Notes: a model not told the origin generated them from the sequence alone. Positions 28,285 through 37,890 are shown, numbered from the stretch's first letter. The stretch is 64,000 bases of DNA from an uncultured Gemmatimonadota bacterium (GCA_964626665.1 CAZVGK010000002.1:96001-160000); one strand, 5' to 3'. Translations and numbers: made by a program.

Positions 28285-29002
28285 TCCCCTCTCCTTTCCC
28301 CAACCTCTCCAGGGCCCTCTGTAGGCTTATCCTGAGCCTATCAGTTGCCTGAGCTAACTTTCCTATCTCATCCCCGGAATTGGTGGGTATCCTTTCCTCC
28401 ATATATCCCAGGCTTACCCTCTCGGTGATGAGCGCCAACTGGAGGAGCCTTTTGGACAACCTGTGAGAAAAGAGGAGGACCAAGACCCAAGAGAGCAGGA
28501 GGGATCCGCCAAGGAATACCCCAGCAGTTACCCAGTAACCCCTTGGATTTTGGGCTAGTGAGGAGAAACCTAAATAGATGGTTCCCAGTGTCCCCTCTAA
28601 GATAGGGATGGTTAACTCATATCCTGGACCCTGAGCAGATTTAACTGCCTTAACCACCTCAGCATCCTGTTCCCCCCCCTGGATGATGGACTTTATCCTC
28701 CTCTGATCCTTGAGGGTGTTGGCCCTGATCTTTCCCTTCTGGTCGGTTATCAGGATGTAGGAGACCCCCTTTATGCCGGCAAACCTCTCTACCAGGTCCC
28801 GCAGCTCTATATCTGACCCTCTTACCAGAAATCCCTCGCTCTGTAAGGCCAAATCCCTTCCCAATATCCTTCCCTCTTCAATTGAGTCATTCAATAAAAT
28901 CCTCTCGTGGGTGAGTCTGAGTCCGGTTAGGCCGGAGAGTGCAATAAAGGTGGTCAAACTCAAACCGATAAGGATAAATTTTCCCTGTACTCCCAATTTC
29001 AT
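28271..29002 (-). CDS. Two-TM Cache-like sensor with HAMP domain and no output domain
   Basis: Two TMs flanking a YILITDQKGKI domain; HAMP DEIGKLAQATDRLRISL ends the protein. Confidence 0.75.
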   Translation of the reverse strand: MKLGVQGKFILIGLSLTTFIALSGLTGLRLTHERILLNDSIEEGRILGRDLALQSEGFLVRGSDIELRDLVERFAGIKGVSYILITDQKGKIRANTLKDQRRIKSIIQGGEQDAEVVKAVKSAQGPGYELTIPILEGTLGTIYLGFSSLAQNPRGYWVTAGVFLGGSLLLSWVLVLLFSHRLSKRLLQLALITERVSLGYMEERIPTNSGDEIGKLAQATDRLRISLQRALERLGKGEGIGPT

Positions 29003-30126
29003 ATCTCCCCCTTAGAGAATTCTATGGGGACGGTGGTCCAGAACCTTACCCTTTTCCCCTGGTAGGTGCCAGGAGAAAACCTCCATCTCTTAACAAGCCC
29101 CAAGGCCAGGTTCTGACAGTCTCCATCAAGGTCAGATCTCTTTACTTTTGTTCCCGTGACTTTCCCCTCCTCATCAACCCAGGCTTCAACTAAAACCTCT
29201 CCGAGGCATTTCCCATTGGTGGGAAGGGGAGGTCGCCCAATGATCCGGGGTAAGCTGTCCAACATCCCCACCGCGACAAGGTTGGGTTCTCCTTGGTTTG
29301 ACCCTTCCCCTCTGTCGGCAAGAGGGGGGGAAAGGGAGGCGAAGATGACCTCCCCCAAGTTACTATCCTCCTCATCGTCATATATCCTTTTATCGATCTC
29401 TGATGGCTGGCCCTCCTTCCAGAGATTCCCTTGGGCCTGAATCTGTAGGGGGGAGAGATTGTAGATATCATATAGGGTGTTGCTGTGGATCTGATTGCCT
29501 CCCCCTTCCTCCGGGGAACCCAAGGAAGGGCAGGAGTAGTCCAGTATCACAACTCCATAGCGGTTTGCCCTAATCTGGCAACCGCGCACAATGGGACGAG
29601 AGAGGTACTTGCAGAGGATGCCCTCCTCTCCATTCCCCCATAGCTGGCAGTTCTCCACCAGGGGGGAGGAACGGTTGACACAGGCTATCCCCCCCCTCAG
29701 GTTCTGACAGATGATATTCCCTATGAGTTTAGGCGAGGAGGCCAGACAGAATACCCCATAGCGGCCATATTCAATGAGGCAGTTCTGCAGAATGGAAGTG
29801 GAATCTGATGATCTGAATTCTATCCCCCACCAATCTCCTGGCTGGGGTTGGGGGGAGGACGAGGTGAAGATAATCTTCCCCTTATCCTCTCCCTTGGCCA
29901 CCAATTTCCCCATTACCAATATCTTCAATGGCTCTTTCCGGGGGACAAATTTGACTACCGTCTTAGGGGCTAGGGTGAGGGTTACCCCTGAGGGTATAAT
30001 CAGATCAGAGCCTACTACCACTTCGCCTTTCCAGGCAGTATCCCCCTGGAGCATCATCGATTTCCCTCTCCCTGTTGCCCCAAAAGCTATTAGAAGAAAA
30101 GAGATAGCCAGTGTTCTTCTCATCAT
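28999..30126 (-). CDS. Secreted right-handed beta-helix protein with C-terminal TonB_C-like domain
   Basis: Likely start ATG 30126 (ATGA overlap), signal peptide, IIFTS..PQPGDWWGI, repeated GI.C..SSP.I.N units, V.VEAWVDEEGKV..WRFSPG. Confidence 0.75.
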   Translation of the reverse strand: MMRRTLAISFLLIAFGATGRGKSMMLQGDTAWKGEVVVGSDLIIPSGVTLTLAPKTVVKFVPRKEPLKILVMGKLVAKGEDKGKIIFTSSSPQPQPGDWWGIEFRSSDSTSILQNCLIEYGRYGVFCLASSPKLIGNIICQNLRGGIACVNRSSPLVENCQLWGNGEEGILCKYLSRPIVRGCQIRANRYGVVILDYSCPSLGSPEEGGGNQIHSNTLYDIYNLSPLQIQAQGNLWKEGQPSEIDKRIYDDEEDSNLGEVIFASLSPPLADRGEGSNQGEPNLVAVGMLDSLPRIIGRPPLPTNGKCLGEVLVEAWVDEEGKVTGTKVKRSDLDGDCQNLALGLVKRWRFSPGTYQGKRVRFWTTVPIEFSKGEI

Positions 30127-30710
30127 ACTCCCTTGAGGGTTCCCTTTTTGAACTCCTCCCTCTTTTCCGGGGTGGGTATCTCCTCCAACAACCCCTCTAT
30201 GATTTCCCCTTTCTGGGTGGCATTTAGGGGGACTGAAAAACCCTTCTTCCTTTCCTCTAAGATGTAGTCGGCAATGGGCCCAATCGCCCTTTTTAACCCT
30301 TCCTCTATGGATGCCCACCATACCTCATCTCTCTCGGTGGCCTGCTTAGGGGGGGCAACTCCTTTCCGTAGCCTGTTTTTTAAGTCGGAGATCTGTAAGC
30401 CGGTGGAGAGGCGAAGGAGAACGGGGTTTATCTTTGGGCTATAAAATAGGCAGAGGATTCCCCCCTCTAAGTTCTTGATTAGGGCCTTCTCCTTTTGAAA
30501 GCTAATTTCCATCTCCTCTACCTCCTCACCAATCCCCTCGAGGCCAAAGATGGACCTGGCCAGGATGGAGGAGGCCTTAGCTACCTCCTCCTCTCCCCTG
30601 TGCTCTTTGAGGGAGGAGGCTAAGAGCCTACCCTCCCTATCACTGAGGAATATCTCAGTTATCCCTGGGATAGCCCCTATCCTCTTTACTATCTCCTCCA
30701 TTTCACTCAT
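30123..30710 (-). CDS. Roadblock-like protein with C-terminal helical domain
   Basis: IPGITEIFLSDREGRLLAS, INPVLLRLS; C-terminal LKRAIGPIADYIL. Confidence 0.7.
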   Translation of the reverse strand: MSEMEEIVKRIGAIPGITEIFLSDREGRLLASSLKEHRGEEEVAKASSILARSIFGLEGIGEEVEEMEISFQKEKALIKNLEGGILCLFYSPKINPVLLRLSTGLQISDLKNRLRKGVAPPKQATERDEVWWASIEEGLKRAIGPIADYILEERKKGFSVPLNATQKGEIIEGLLEEIPTPEKREEFKKGTLKGV

Positions 30711-31953
30711 CCTTTAAGATATTCTTCACCTCAGTCTCTAGCTTCTCCTTTTGGGTTCCCTCCTCGAGGAGAAGGCCCAAATAAAGGCACCTTCCTTCCA
30801 TAATGAGGACTTGGCCATCTTGCACTTGAACCCAACCGGATCTCAGGCCGTTTAGGCCCAATAGATCCGAGACCTGGGATATCGCCCCACCCAAATAGAG
30901 GGATGTTGCTCCCCAGAGGTCTGTGAGGCGGGAGGAGTCGGGCCCCTCTATGCTGGAGCCTAAGACAACTCCATCCTTGGCGACAATGACCGCTCCCCTT
31001 ATCCCCTTTAGCCCTTTGAGTTCATAGGAGAGATCAGCATATCTTGTCTTCCCTTTTCTCTGGGATGTCTCCTGGGAGGAGGGCTCTGAGGGAGGAGTCT
31101 CCTCCAGGGTGGGCCCCGGGGTAGGGGAGGGTGGAGGGGGAGGCTCTGAGGGTGATGTCCCCTTCATTCTGTGGTTTACCCCCGCTATTTTGGACTCCTC
31201 CAAGTGAGGGACCTCTGTGGGGTTGCCATCCTCATACCTGATGGCCTCTCCCTTCATATTCTCATCTAAGACCTGGCTTCCTCTTAAGAGAAGACTTTGC
31301 CAGTCAGAGTCAATCGTCTTTGGAGGGGTGGTGAATTGATCCCTGGTCTCAAATTTCCCGTTTTGCCAGCCTAAGATTTTGAAAAAGGCTTCCTCCCCGG
31401 TCAATTCCCCGCATTGGGAATGGATTATCTCCCCTCCCTGGAAATAGATCTCCCCCTCCTCCCTGGCTTGGGAGACCTTGAGGGCGCAGGTTAACTTCCC
31501 CAGGCAGTTTATCTGGATTATGTCGGTGAGCTGAAGGTTGTTTGGCTTGTCCTTTAAGGCCCCCTTATGAGGGGGCCTCTTCTTCAGGGCCTTATCTATT
31601 AGTTCTTCCATTTCCTCAATCTCAAAGGGTTTCTCTATGTAATAGAGGGACCCGGAGGTTACCGCCTCCTGCTGGACCTGTGAGGAACCATAAGCGGTCA
31701 TCACGATCACATCGACGGATGGATAGATGGATTTCGTCTTGCTTAAGAGCTTGAGGCCGTTCATTCCGGGCATCCTTATATCGGTGATCACTATGTCAAC
31801 TGGGGTCTTCTCCAGTATGCTCAATGCCTCCTCACCGCTGTTTGCGCTGAGGATCTCCAAGTTGCTGCGGGCTTTAGAAAGGCTTTTGGACATACCCCAG
31901 GTGAGTGTCTCCTCATCATCTACGATCAAGACCCTATTTTTAACCTTGCTCAT
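30703..31953 (-). CDS. Response regulator: REC - DUF4388 (PatA_N-like) - Pro-rich linker - roadblock
   Basis: VLIVDDE..TDIRMP..KPF; LTDIIQINCL..GEIYFQGGEIIH..GEEAFFKILGW..G.F; GIRGAVIVAKDGVVL. Confidence 0.85.
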   Translation of the reverse strand: MSKVKNRVLIVDDEETLTWGMSKSLSKARSNLEILSANSGEEALSILEKTPVDIVITDIRMPGMNGLKLLSKTKSIYPSVDVIVMTAYGSSQVQQEAVTSGSLYYIEKPFEIEEMEELIDKALKKRPPHKGALKDKPNNLQLTDIIQINCLGKLTCALKVSQAREEGEIYFQGGEIIHSQCGELTGEEAFFKILGWQNGKFETRDQFTTPPKTIDSDWQSLLLRGSQVLDENMKGEAIRYEDGNPTEVPHLEESKIAGVNHRMKGTSPSEPPPPPSPTPGPTLEETPPSEPSSQETSQRKGKTRYADLSYELKGLKGIRGAVIVAKDGVVLGSSIEGPDSSRLTDLWGATSLYLGGAISQVSDLLGLNGLRSGWVQVQDGQVLIMEGRCLYLGLLLEEGTQKEKLETEVKNILKDE

Positions 31954-31965
31954 CTATCCCCCTTC

Positions 31966-32138
31966 TGAACTTAGCTCGCTTCGCTCACAAAGTTTTCCAT
32001 AGGGTCTCTCGACCCTCTGGCGCTCCACAATCCTGCGCTCGCTCGGATTGCTCCGCTGTCCAGATTGAATCCAGCACTTATGCATAAGTGCGGGACTTCA
32101 AACTACCCCAGACATTTTGAAATTTCTAACAAAATGTC
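31966..32138. repeat. ~175-bp multi-hairpin intergenic repeat, copy 2
   Basis: Highly similar to 26177-26353. Confidence 0.8.
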
Positions 32139-32754
32139 AAGCAAAGACCTGAACTGTATCTCCCTCTTTTGCACCCAACTTCTTGGCGTCATGGACAAGC
32201 ATCTTTACGGTTCGGCCCAGCCCTTTCTTTCCTACAACCCTCAGGAGCTTGACCTTTCCCCCTTTCCTCACCGATGCCTTATGGCTACTACCCTTCCCTT
32301 CTAGCCCCCACCCCCTAACCAGCTCTTCATCTACCCAAATCCCTCCACCCTTGAGGGTTAGGCCCTTCATATACTCCACCCTCAACTCTAAGGGTTCGAA
32401 TTTTGACTCCTTGGCTGATTCCAACAGCTGCTCTATCCTCTTGGCGGCAACTTCGGCAGTGAGGTTCAAAAGGGGAATGTTAATATCCCTGCTACATAAT
32501 ATGACCAACATACCTGGGCCAATTAACCTGGCTATTACCCGGCCCTTTCCAAAGGAGAGGTCAAACTCATCTGGGTTGAGGTGGGCAAACCCCAGCGATC
32601 TGGCTGCCTGAAAGATCTCCTGGCTTACTCCCCCTAAGGATCCTGCCGGGAAATTGGTTTCGCCAACGGAGGAGAGAACCTTCCCTTTCCCATCCGCCAC
32701 AAATGACCCTTGCACCCCCACCATCGCATTTATGTCCCTTAAGATGTCTTTCAT
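32137..32754 (-). CDS. Roadblock-like protein with C-terminal beta-rich domain
   Basis: VGVQGSFVADGKGKVLS, INIPLLNL; C-terminal DAKKLGAKEGDTV. Confidence 0.7.
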   Translation of the reverse strand: MKDILRDINAMVGVQGSFVADGKGKVLSSVGETNFPAGSLGGVSQEIFQAARSLGFAHLNPDEFDLSFGKGRVIARLIGPGMLVILCSRDINIPLLNLTAEVAAKRIEQLLESAKESKFEPLELRVEYMKGLTLKGGGIWVDEELVRGWGLEGKGSSHKASVRKGGKVKLLRVVGKKGLGRTVKMLVHDAKKLGAKEGDTVQVFA

Positions 32755-33086
32755 CTTTTCTCTTTGCCCCCCAACTCTACTTCTACCCGGTCCTCAATGA
32801 GCGATAAGGAGGCTTCAGGTTTAACGAACAGCCCCAGGCTGTGGTCCCCCTGGCCGTAGATTAATACCCTCCTTCCCTGACCATTAAAGGTCCCCTTCTC
32901 AAATCTCCCGTAATTCAATGCTTCCCCCACCCTTTGGGCCATCTGAGCGACAAAGACGGTAAGGGCGGCTGCCTCCTGAGGATTTCCCTTTCCACCCTGA
33001 GCCAAGACTATCCCCTCTGGAGAGGATAAGACCACTCCTTCCACCTCCTCCAGTTGGGATAGAGCCCCAGTTATCTTATCGTTCAT
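32751..33086 (-). CDS. Roadblock/LC7 domain protein
   Basis: ATG 33086 with AGGAGGT RBS; VEGVVLSSPEGIVLA. Confidence 0.8.
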   Translation of the reverse strand: MNDKITGALSQLEEVEGVVLSSPEGIVLAQGGKGNPQEAAALTVFVAQMAQRVGEALNYGRFEKGTFNGQGRRVLIYGQGDHSLGLFVKPEASLSLIEDRVEVELGGKEKR

Positions 33087-33121
33087 GCTTTGACCTCCTC
33101 TGCCTATCACCTGTAACAGCT

Positions 33122-33270
33122 AACCACGGGACCTTAGGGGACTAAAGAATGAAAAATTATACAATGATCAATTAGCAATTAACATTTAGCAAGTTAAAAC
33201 GGGATGAAATCAGAGAATCTGGAGTGCCATTTTCCATTGGTCATTGGCCGTTTCTTCTTCGTCCCTGGTG
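33122..33270. repeat. ~150-bp MITE-like repeat, copy 2 (inverted)
   Basis: Reverse complement aligns with 23800-23949 (TTTTAACTTGC, AATGGCAC blocks). Confidence 0.65.
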
Positions 33271-33292
33271 GATTATTGTTATTTGCTTATTC

Positions 33293-33308
33293 TGCAAAAT
33301 CTATGCCA
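33293..33308 (-). promoter_or_regulatory. Sigma54 -24/-12 promoter for the roadblock/mgl/pil operon
   Basis: TGGCATAGATTTTGCA (GG-N10-GC). Confidence 0.75.
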
Positions 33309-33500
33309 TTCCTCCATCTGGGTTTGGTTCACTAAAAGTCCTGTTTTTACAGGGAGACAAGGTGGTTATCTCCACTTCCAGAACCTCTTCCTGATTGAAA
33401 TTAGACCATAAATCCTTGGGCCCCAAAAATAAAATCCAGCTTAATTGCTGGGTTTTCAAAGGGTTAAATAAAGAAGCCTTTGTGTGCGAGAATCGAACGC

Positions 33501-34223
33501 TTACTTCTCCCGTAGTAACTTTACCAGTCTTCCCTCCTCCATTTTGGGGATAAGATTAAGCAGATTAAGGCGACTACAGTAGGGGAGATCGTCCTCGAAG
33601 CCCAATTCAATCAAGTATTTGCCATGGCTTGAGCTCTGTAGCATTCCCAATATGTCTGGGGAGTGCTTTTGGTAGAGGGCCTGAGCGGCCATGGCCCCAT
33701 CATTGAGCTCCGCCAGCGGCAGATGGTTGACGAACATACCTCCGCCTACGGCATCCTCCAGGGCGAATTTCCCCAACTTTCCCGCACAGATAATGGCCAG
33801 ATCGGCCTCAAGCTTGGAGAGGTAACGGAGGACCGCTCTAAAGTTGAGGAAGGAGCCAACCAGTACGGTGCTGGCCCCTTGGGCCCGGACAATGGCCTTC
33901 GATCCATTGGTGGTAGCAAAGATGAGGATTTTGCTATCAACCAACTTTTTCTTAAACTCCTGGGGTGAATTGCCCAGATCGAACCCATCAATTCTCCTTC
34001 CCTCCCTCTCTCCACAGAGGAGGACATTCTCCCTCCCCAAGGAGTGGGCCAATTCGGTTGCCTCATCAACGCTTTGGGTGGGGATAATCCCCCGCGCTCC
34101 GTTCTGTAGTGCCCTGATTATGGATGCACTGGCCCGCAGTATATCGACCACCACTACGGTCTTCCCAATTATTTCCTCCTCTGAGATCTCCGAGGGGGTA
34201 AAATAGAGGTCGATCTTTCTCAT
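33501..34223 (-). CDS. comB: 2-phosphosulfolactate phosphatase family protein
   Basis: VVVDILRAS, GERxG, FDLGNSP, TTNGS, FALED. Confidence 0.9.
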   Translation of the reverse strand: MRKIDLYFTPSEISEEEIIGKTVVVVDILRASASIIRALQNGARGIIPTQSVDEATELAHSLGRENVLLCGEREGRRIDGFDLGNSPQEFKKKLVDSKILIFATTNGSKAIVRAQGASTVLVGSFLNFRAVLRYLSKLEADLAIICAGKLGKFALEDAVGGGMFVNHLPLAELNDGAMAAQALYQKHSPDILGMLQSSSHGKYLIELGFEDDLPYCSRLNLLNLIPKMEEGRLVKLLREK

Positions 34224-35323
34224 TTATGAGATCCGTTCTTGTAAAATGGGGATTTAACCACTTTCCCGGCGGCCAGTTTTCCCCTAATCTTCACTTGAAC
34301 TTTAGTTCCTATCGCTGCAGCCTGGAGGGGGAGATAACCCAAGGCAATTCCTCTATTTAGCGAAGGGGAGAAGATGCCGCTGGTGATATTCCCCTGCTCT
34401 TTCCCAGCGAAGTAGATTGGGTAGCCTTTGCGGGGGAAGACCTTACCTTCCAGTTCTATACCTACCAACTTTCTTCCTATTCCCCTTTCCTTCTGAGCCA
34501 GCAAAGCCTCCTTGCCGATGCAATCCTTAGCCTGTAGCTTGGTTATCCATCCCAGCCCGGCCTCTAAGGGGGTAGTGGTTTTGTCTATGTCATTCCCATA
34601 GAGGCAGTATCCCATCTCCAAGCGAAGAGAGTCCCTGGCCCCCAGGCCGATTGGTTCTATTCCGTACTTCCTTCCGGTTTTTTCCACCGCGTCCCAAAGC
34701 TGGCCGGCGAACTGGGGGGGGGAGTAGAGTTCAAAGCCATCCTCTCCAGTATAGCCTGTCCGGGAGAAGAGCATCTCCACCCCATCTACCTCTCCCCTTA
34801 TGGCCCAGTAGTATCTCAATGACCCCAAATCGGTCTTGGTTAGCTGGGCTAAAACCTCCTCAGCCCGCGGGCCTTGAATGGCTAAAAGGGCGGTCTGGTC
34901 GGATCTGTTCTCCAGTTCTGCATCTTCCTTTAAGTTTTCCTGCAACCAGTTAAAGTCCTTAGCGATGTTAGTGGCATTAACTACTAAGAGGAAATAACCC
35001 TCCAGCCTGTAGACCAAGAGGTCATCGACTATGCCACCATCAGGGTAGCAGAGAGCTGAATATTGTGCCTGATAGGGGGCGAGTTGGGCAGCGTCGTTGA
35101 TGGTTACTTTCTGCACAAATTGGAGGGCATCTGGCCCTCTTACCTCGACCTCCCCCATATGGGAGAGGTCAAACATCCCCACAGATGACCTTACCTTTCT
35201 GTGTTCCGTCAGTATGCTGTGGTAGAAGATAGGCATAGCAAAGCCGGCGAAGTTCACCATCCTACCACCATTTCCGATATGCATCTCATAAAAAGGGGTC
35301 CTCTCGCCTGCGGTCGCCATCAA
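34220..35323 (-). CDS. gcvT: Glycine cleavage system aminomethyltransferase T
   Basis: FDLSHMGE, SRTGYTGEDGFE, GLGARDSLRLEMG..LYGND. Confidence 0.96.
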   Translation of the reverse strand: MMATAGERTPFYEMHIGNGGRMVNFAGFAMPIFYHSILTEHRKVRSSVGMFDLSHMGEVEVRGPDALQFVQKVTINDAAQLAPYQAQYSALCYPDGGIVDDLLVYRLEGYFLLVVNATNIAKDFNWLQENLKEDAELENRSDQTALLAIQGPRAEEVLAQLTKTDLGSLRYYWAIRGEVDGVEMLFSRTGYTGEDGFELYSPPQFAGQLWDAVEKTGRKYGIEPIGLGARDSLRLEMGYCLYGNDIDKTTTPLEAGLGWITKLQAKDCIGKEALLAQKERGIGRKLVGIELEGKVFPRKGYPIYFAGKEQGNITSGIFSPSLNRGIALGYLPLQAAAIGTKVQVKIRGKLAAGKVVKSPFYKNGSHK

Positions 35324-35348
35324 CCCTCCCTCTTAAATTTCACCTGGG

Positions 35349-35377
35349 AATATAAGTTGACCTCTCCCCTCTGTCAA
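35349..35377 (-). promoter_or_regulatory. Sigma70-type promoter of gcvT
   Basis: TTGACA-N17-TATATT. Confidence 0.65.
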
Positions 35378-35409
35378 GGTATTTGTGGGAGGATTGTCTG
35401 ATAGTCACT

Positions 35410-35748
35410 TTTTGAACTTAGTTCCACAATCCTACATTTGTGGAATTCGTCTTCAAAGCCTCATCAAAATGAGGTGGCAGAATCCCGATTCTGCCACTTG
35501 GGGGAGGGGCCTCCAGACCTTTCAAGAGCTGTCAGCCCCGTTCCGACGGGATTCCTGGCGGAAGAGGTAACTCCTGACAGCACACTTTTTATTGTGCTTG
35601 GTAGGGCCTTTGCCCTCAAGGAGTCCACTTCCTCAGCCTAAACCCTAAAGGCTGAATTCCTACTAACGGAATCCAGCCTTTAAAATATCGCGGTGGTAGC
35701 CACAACCTTTAGGTTGCGAAAGGACGTAGACTGAAGTCTGCGGCTACC
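35410..35748. repeat. Palindromic repeat cluster including a GTAG REP doublet (35695-35748) and GGTGGCAGAA..TTCTGCCAC (35471-35497)
   Basis: Same units as around and inside the RAYT locus. Confidence 0.75.
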
Positions 35749-35795
35749 TGGGGAAAGGGGTAAATAGTAGGGGGGTTACCAACCTGTTTTTCTTT

Positions 35796-37097
35796 TCAGG
35801 GCCTGGCCGTAACCGAGGTATATTCGTAGATAACCTTAGGTCTGCCGACCATAAAACCGATTACACCTCCCAAGATAGCAGGGAGGCTGAAGCTGAATCC
35901 GAATACCTCAATACAGATGACAATGCTGGCGATGGGGACATTTAATATGGCTCCTAAGGAGCCGGCAATCCCTACCACGATAAGGGCCAGGTGGGTGCCA
36001 GGAGCGGTGACCCCAAAGGAGATGGCCACCAGGTCACCGGCCAATGCTCCTAATATTATAGAGGGAAAGGTAAAACCCGCACTCCCCCCAGAGCCAATGG
36101 TAAAGGCGGTAGCCAAAATCTTACCCAGGAGAAGCAGAACGATAGAGAAAATGGCAAAAAGGGTAAATGTTGACCTTGGTTGCATAATCTCCTTTAGGGT
36201 GGTGATGCCCACCCCCATCACCCTTATCCCAATGGAGAGGCCAATGAGACCACAGCCAATCCCTCCCAGGGCGGGCTTGAGGTCGTCACTTACCTTTATC
36301 CTCCTCAAGAAGGCGGAGACCTTCTCATAGACGGAGATGAAAAGAAGCCCTGTCCAGCCGGTGAGGACGGCAGCGAGGAGGAAAAGGGGGATCTCTTTTG
36401 GCCGGAAGGAAAAGGCCATCCTCCCCCAAGGGGGAGTGAAATCGGTTAGCAAACCGTAGATTGTGTACCCCAGGCCGCTCGATAGGATTGCCGGGAATAG
36501 CTTACGGTAGTTAATAGAGGCGGCATAGAGAATCTCCACGGCGAAGATGCCCCCACCCAGAGGGGCCTTCAACAGGGCCCCCAAAGCTCCAGCAACACCA
36601 CATACCGTCGCTGTGTGTAACTCTTCCCCTCTGAGATAGAAAGGATGAGAGAGCCCTTTCAGCTTTCTGGATAGGAATGAGCCCACACCTCCGTTTACCA
36701 GAGCCATAGGTCCCACAAATCCCCCGCTTCCCCCAAAGCCCAATGTAAACAGACCAGCGAGGTATTTGAGAAGGGTCAACCTAAGGGGGACAAACCCGCT
36801 CTTTTCATTGACGATTTGGATATAGGTGGGCATTCCCTCCCCTCTGGCCCTGGGCTCTATTCGGTAGATGAAAAGCCCTGTTATCAGTCCGCCCAAAGCT
36901 GGCCCAGCATAAGTCAGGATCTGCAGACTGGGGAGTCGGGAGAGGAAGAGGACCGCGCTTTTAAACAGGTAAACCACCAGGCCGCTTGTCGTGCCTATGA
37001 TGAAGGAGGTCAGAGACCACCTCAATATATGGTTGAGGGTGCCCTCATTTTTTATCCCAAAGACATTCCACCGATCACTAACGGTTGCAGTTTTCAT
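35796..37097 (-). CDS. ClC-family chloride channel/transporter with atypical motifs
   Basis: Multi-TM; GGSGG, GALLKAPLGGGIFAVE, GSGGSAG, NVPIAS. Confidence 0.85.
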   Translation of the reverse strand: MKTATVSDRWNVFGIKNEGTLNHILRWSLTSFIIGTTSGLVVYLFKSAVLFLSRLPSLQILTYAGPALGGLITGLFIYRIEPRARGEGMPTYIQIVNEKSGFVPLRLTLLKYLAGLFTLGFGGSGGFVGPMALVNGGVGSFLSRKLKGLSHPFYLRGEELHTATVCGVAGALGALLKAPLGGGIFAVEILYAASINYRKLFPAILSSGLGYTIYGLLTDFTPPWGRMAFSFRPKEIPLFLLAAVLTGWTGLLFISVYEKVSAFLRRIKVSDDLKPALGGIGCGLIGLSIGIRVMGVGITTLKEIMQPRSTFTLFAIFSIVLLLLGKILATAFTIGSGGSAGFTFPSIILGALAGDLVAISFGVTAPGTHLALIVVGIAGSLGAILNVPIASIVICIEVFGFSFSLPAILGGVIGFMVGRPKVIYEYTSVTARP

Positions 37098-37128
37098 TTA
37101 GCTTTTTATCCTTTGTGGATGTCAAAAA

Positions 37129-37772
37129 GAGGGGGCAGAACCCCGATGCTACCGCCTCACGGGGATACTCCCGGTCTGATCAGGCATCTGACCGCTCAAT
37201 AAAAACTCTCTCCCCTTGGTAGCCGCAGACTTCAGTCTGCGTCCTTTCGCAACCTAAAGGTTGCGGCTACTTGCCTTTATAGGGGCAAGCCCGCAAGATC
37301 GGGTCGCATAAACGCGACCTTCTATACTTCTACCCAGCTTTAGCTGAGGGTTTTTGGGACTTTAGCGCGTATACAGGGTCAATGGGGACAGGTCTTGCTT
37401 TTTGCTATCTTATGTTCCTGTAGGGAGAGTCTTGTGCCTATCCATTTCCCTTGGACATGCTTAAGGACCTGTGCCTACCGTATTCGTAGGGAGTCAAGTC
37501 TGTCCGATTTCCCTTCGCCCTTCAAAGTGAGGTGGCAGAACCCCAATTCTGCCACTGTCAGATCAGGGGATCTGACCGCTCAATGGATCGCATAAATGCG
37601 ACTCCTACCTTCCTATGCCGTCAGAGTAAAGGGCGTTGTCATTCCGACCGAAGGGAGGAATCTGTATGAACACCGCTCCTAAAAGTGAGGTGTTCGTTAG
37701 AATTTAGTGTTTTGTTGCCAAAAGGATTTTGCGCGGAATTTATCCTAAGGAACGAAGGGCTCGAAATGACAC
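37129..37772. repeat. Palindromic repeat cluster including an inverted GTAG REP doublet (37218-37270)
   Basis: GGTAGCCGCAGACTTCAGTCTGCG..CGCAACCTAAAGGTTGCGGCTAC; TCGCATAAA(C/T)GCGA twice; GGTGGCAGAA..TTCTGCCAC; GTCATTCCGA..GAAATGAC. Confidence 0.75.
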
Positions 37773-37890
37773 ACATGGAACAGGGTTCACTGAATTTTTA
37801 CGGGGTAAGGTCCCCTGACCTTGATTATCGGCATCAGGAGATGCCTCCCACAGATTAAAAACCTGAGGTTTATGCTAATCAAGCTGATGA

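Noticed and set aside
35378-35790. Glycine riboswitch upstream of gcvT
   Set aside because: The promoter is only ~25 nt from the start codon, and the upstream palindromes belong to dispersed repeat families
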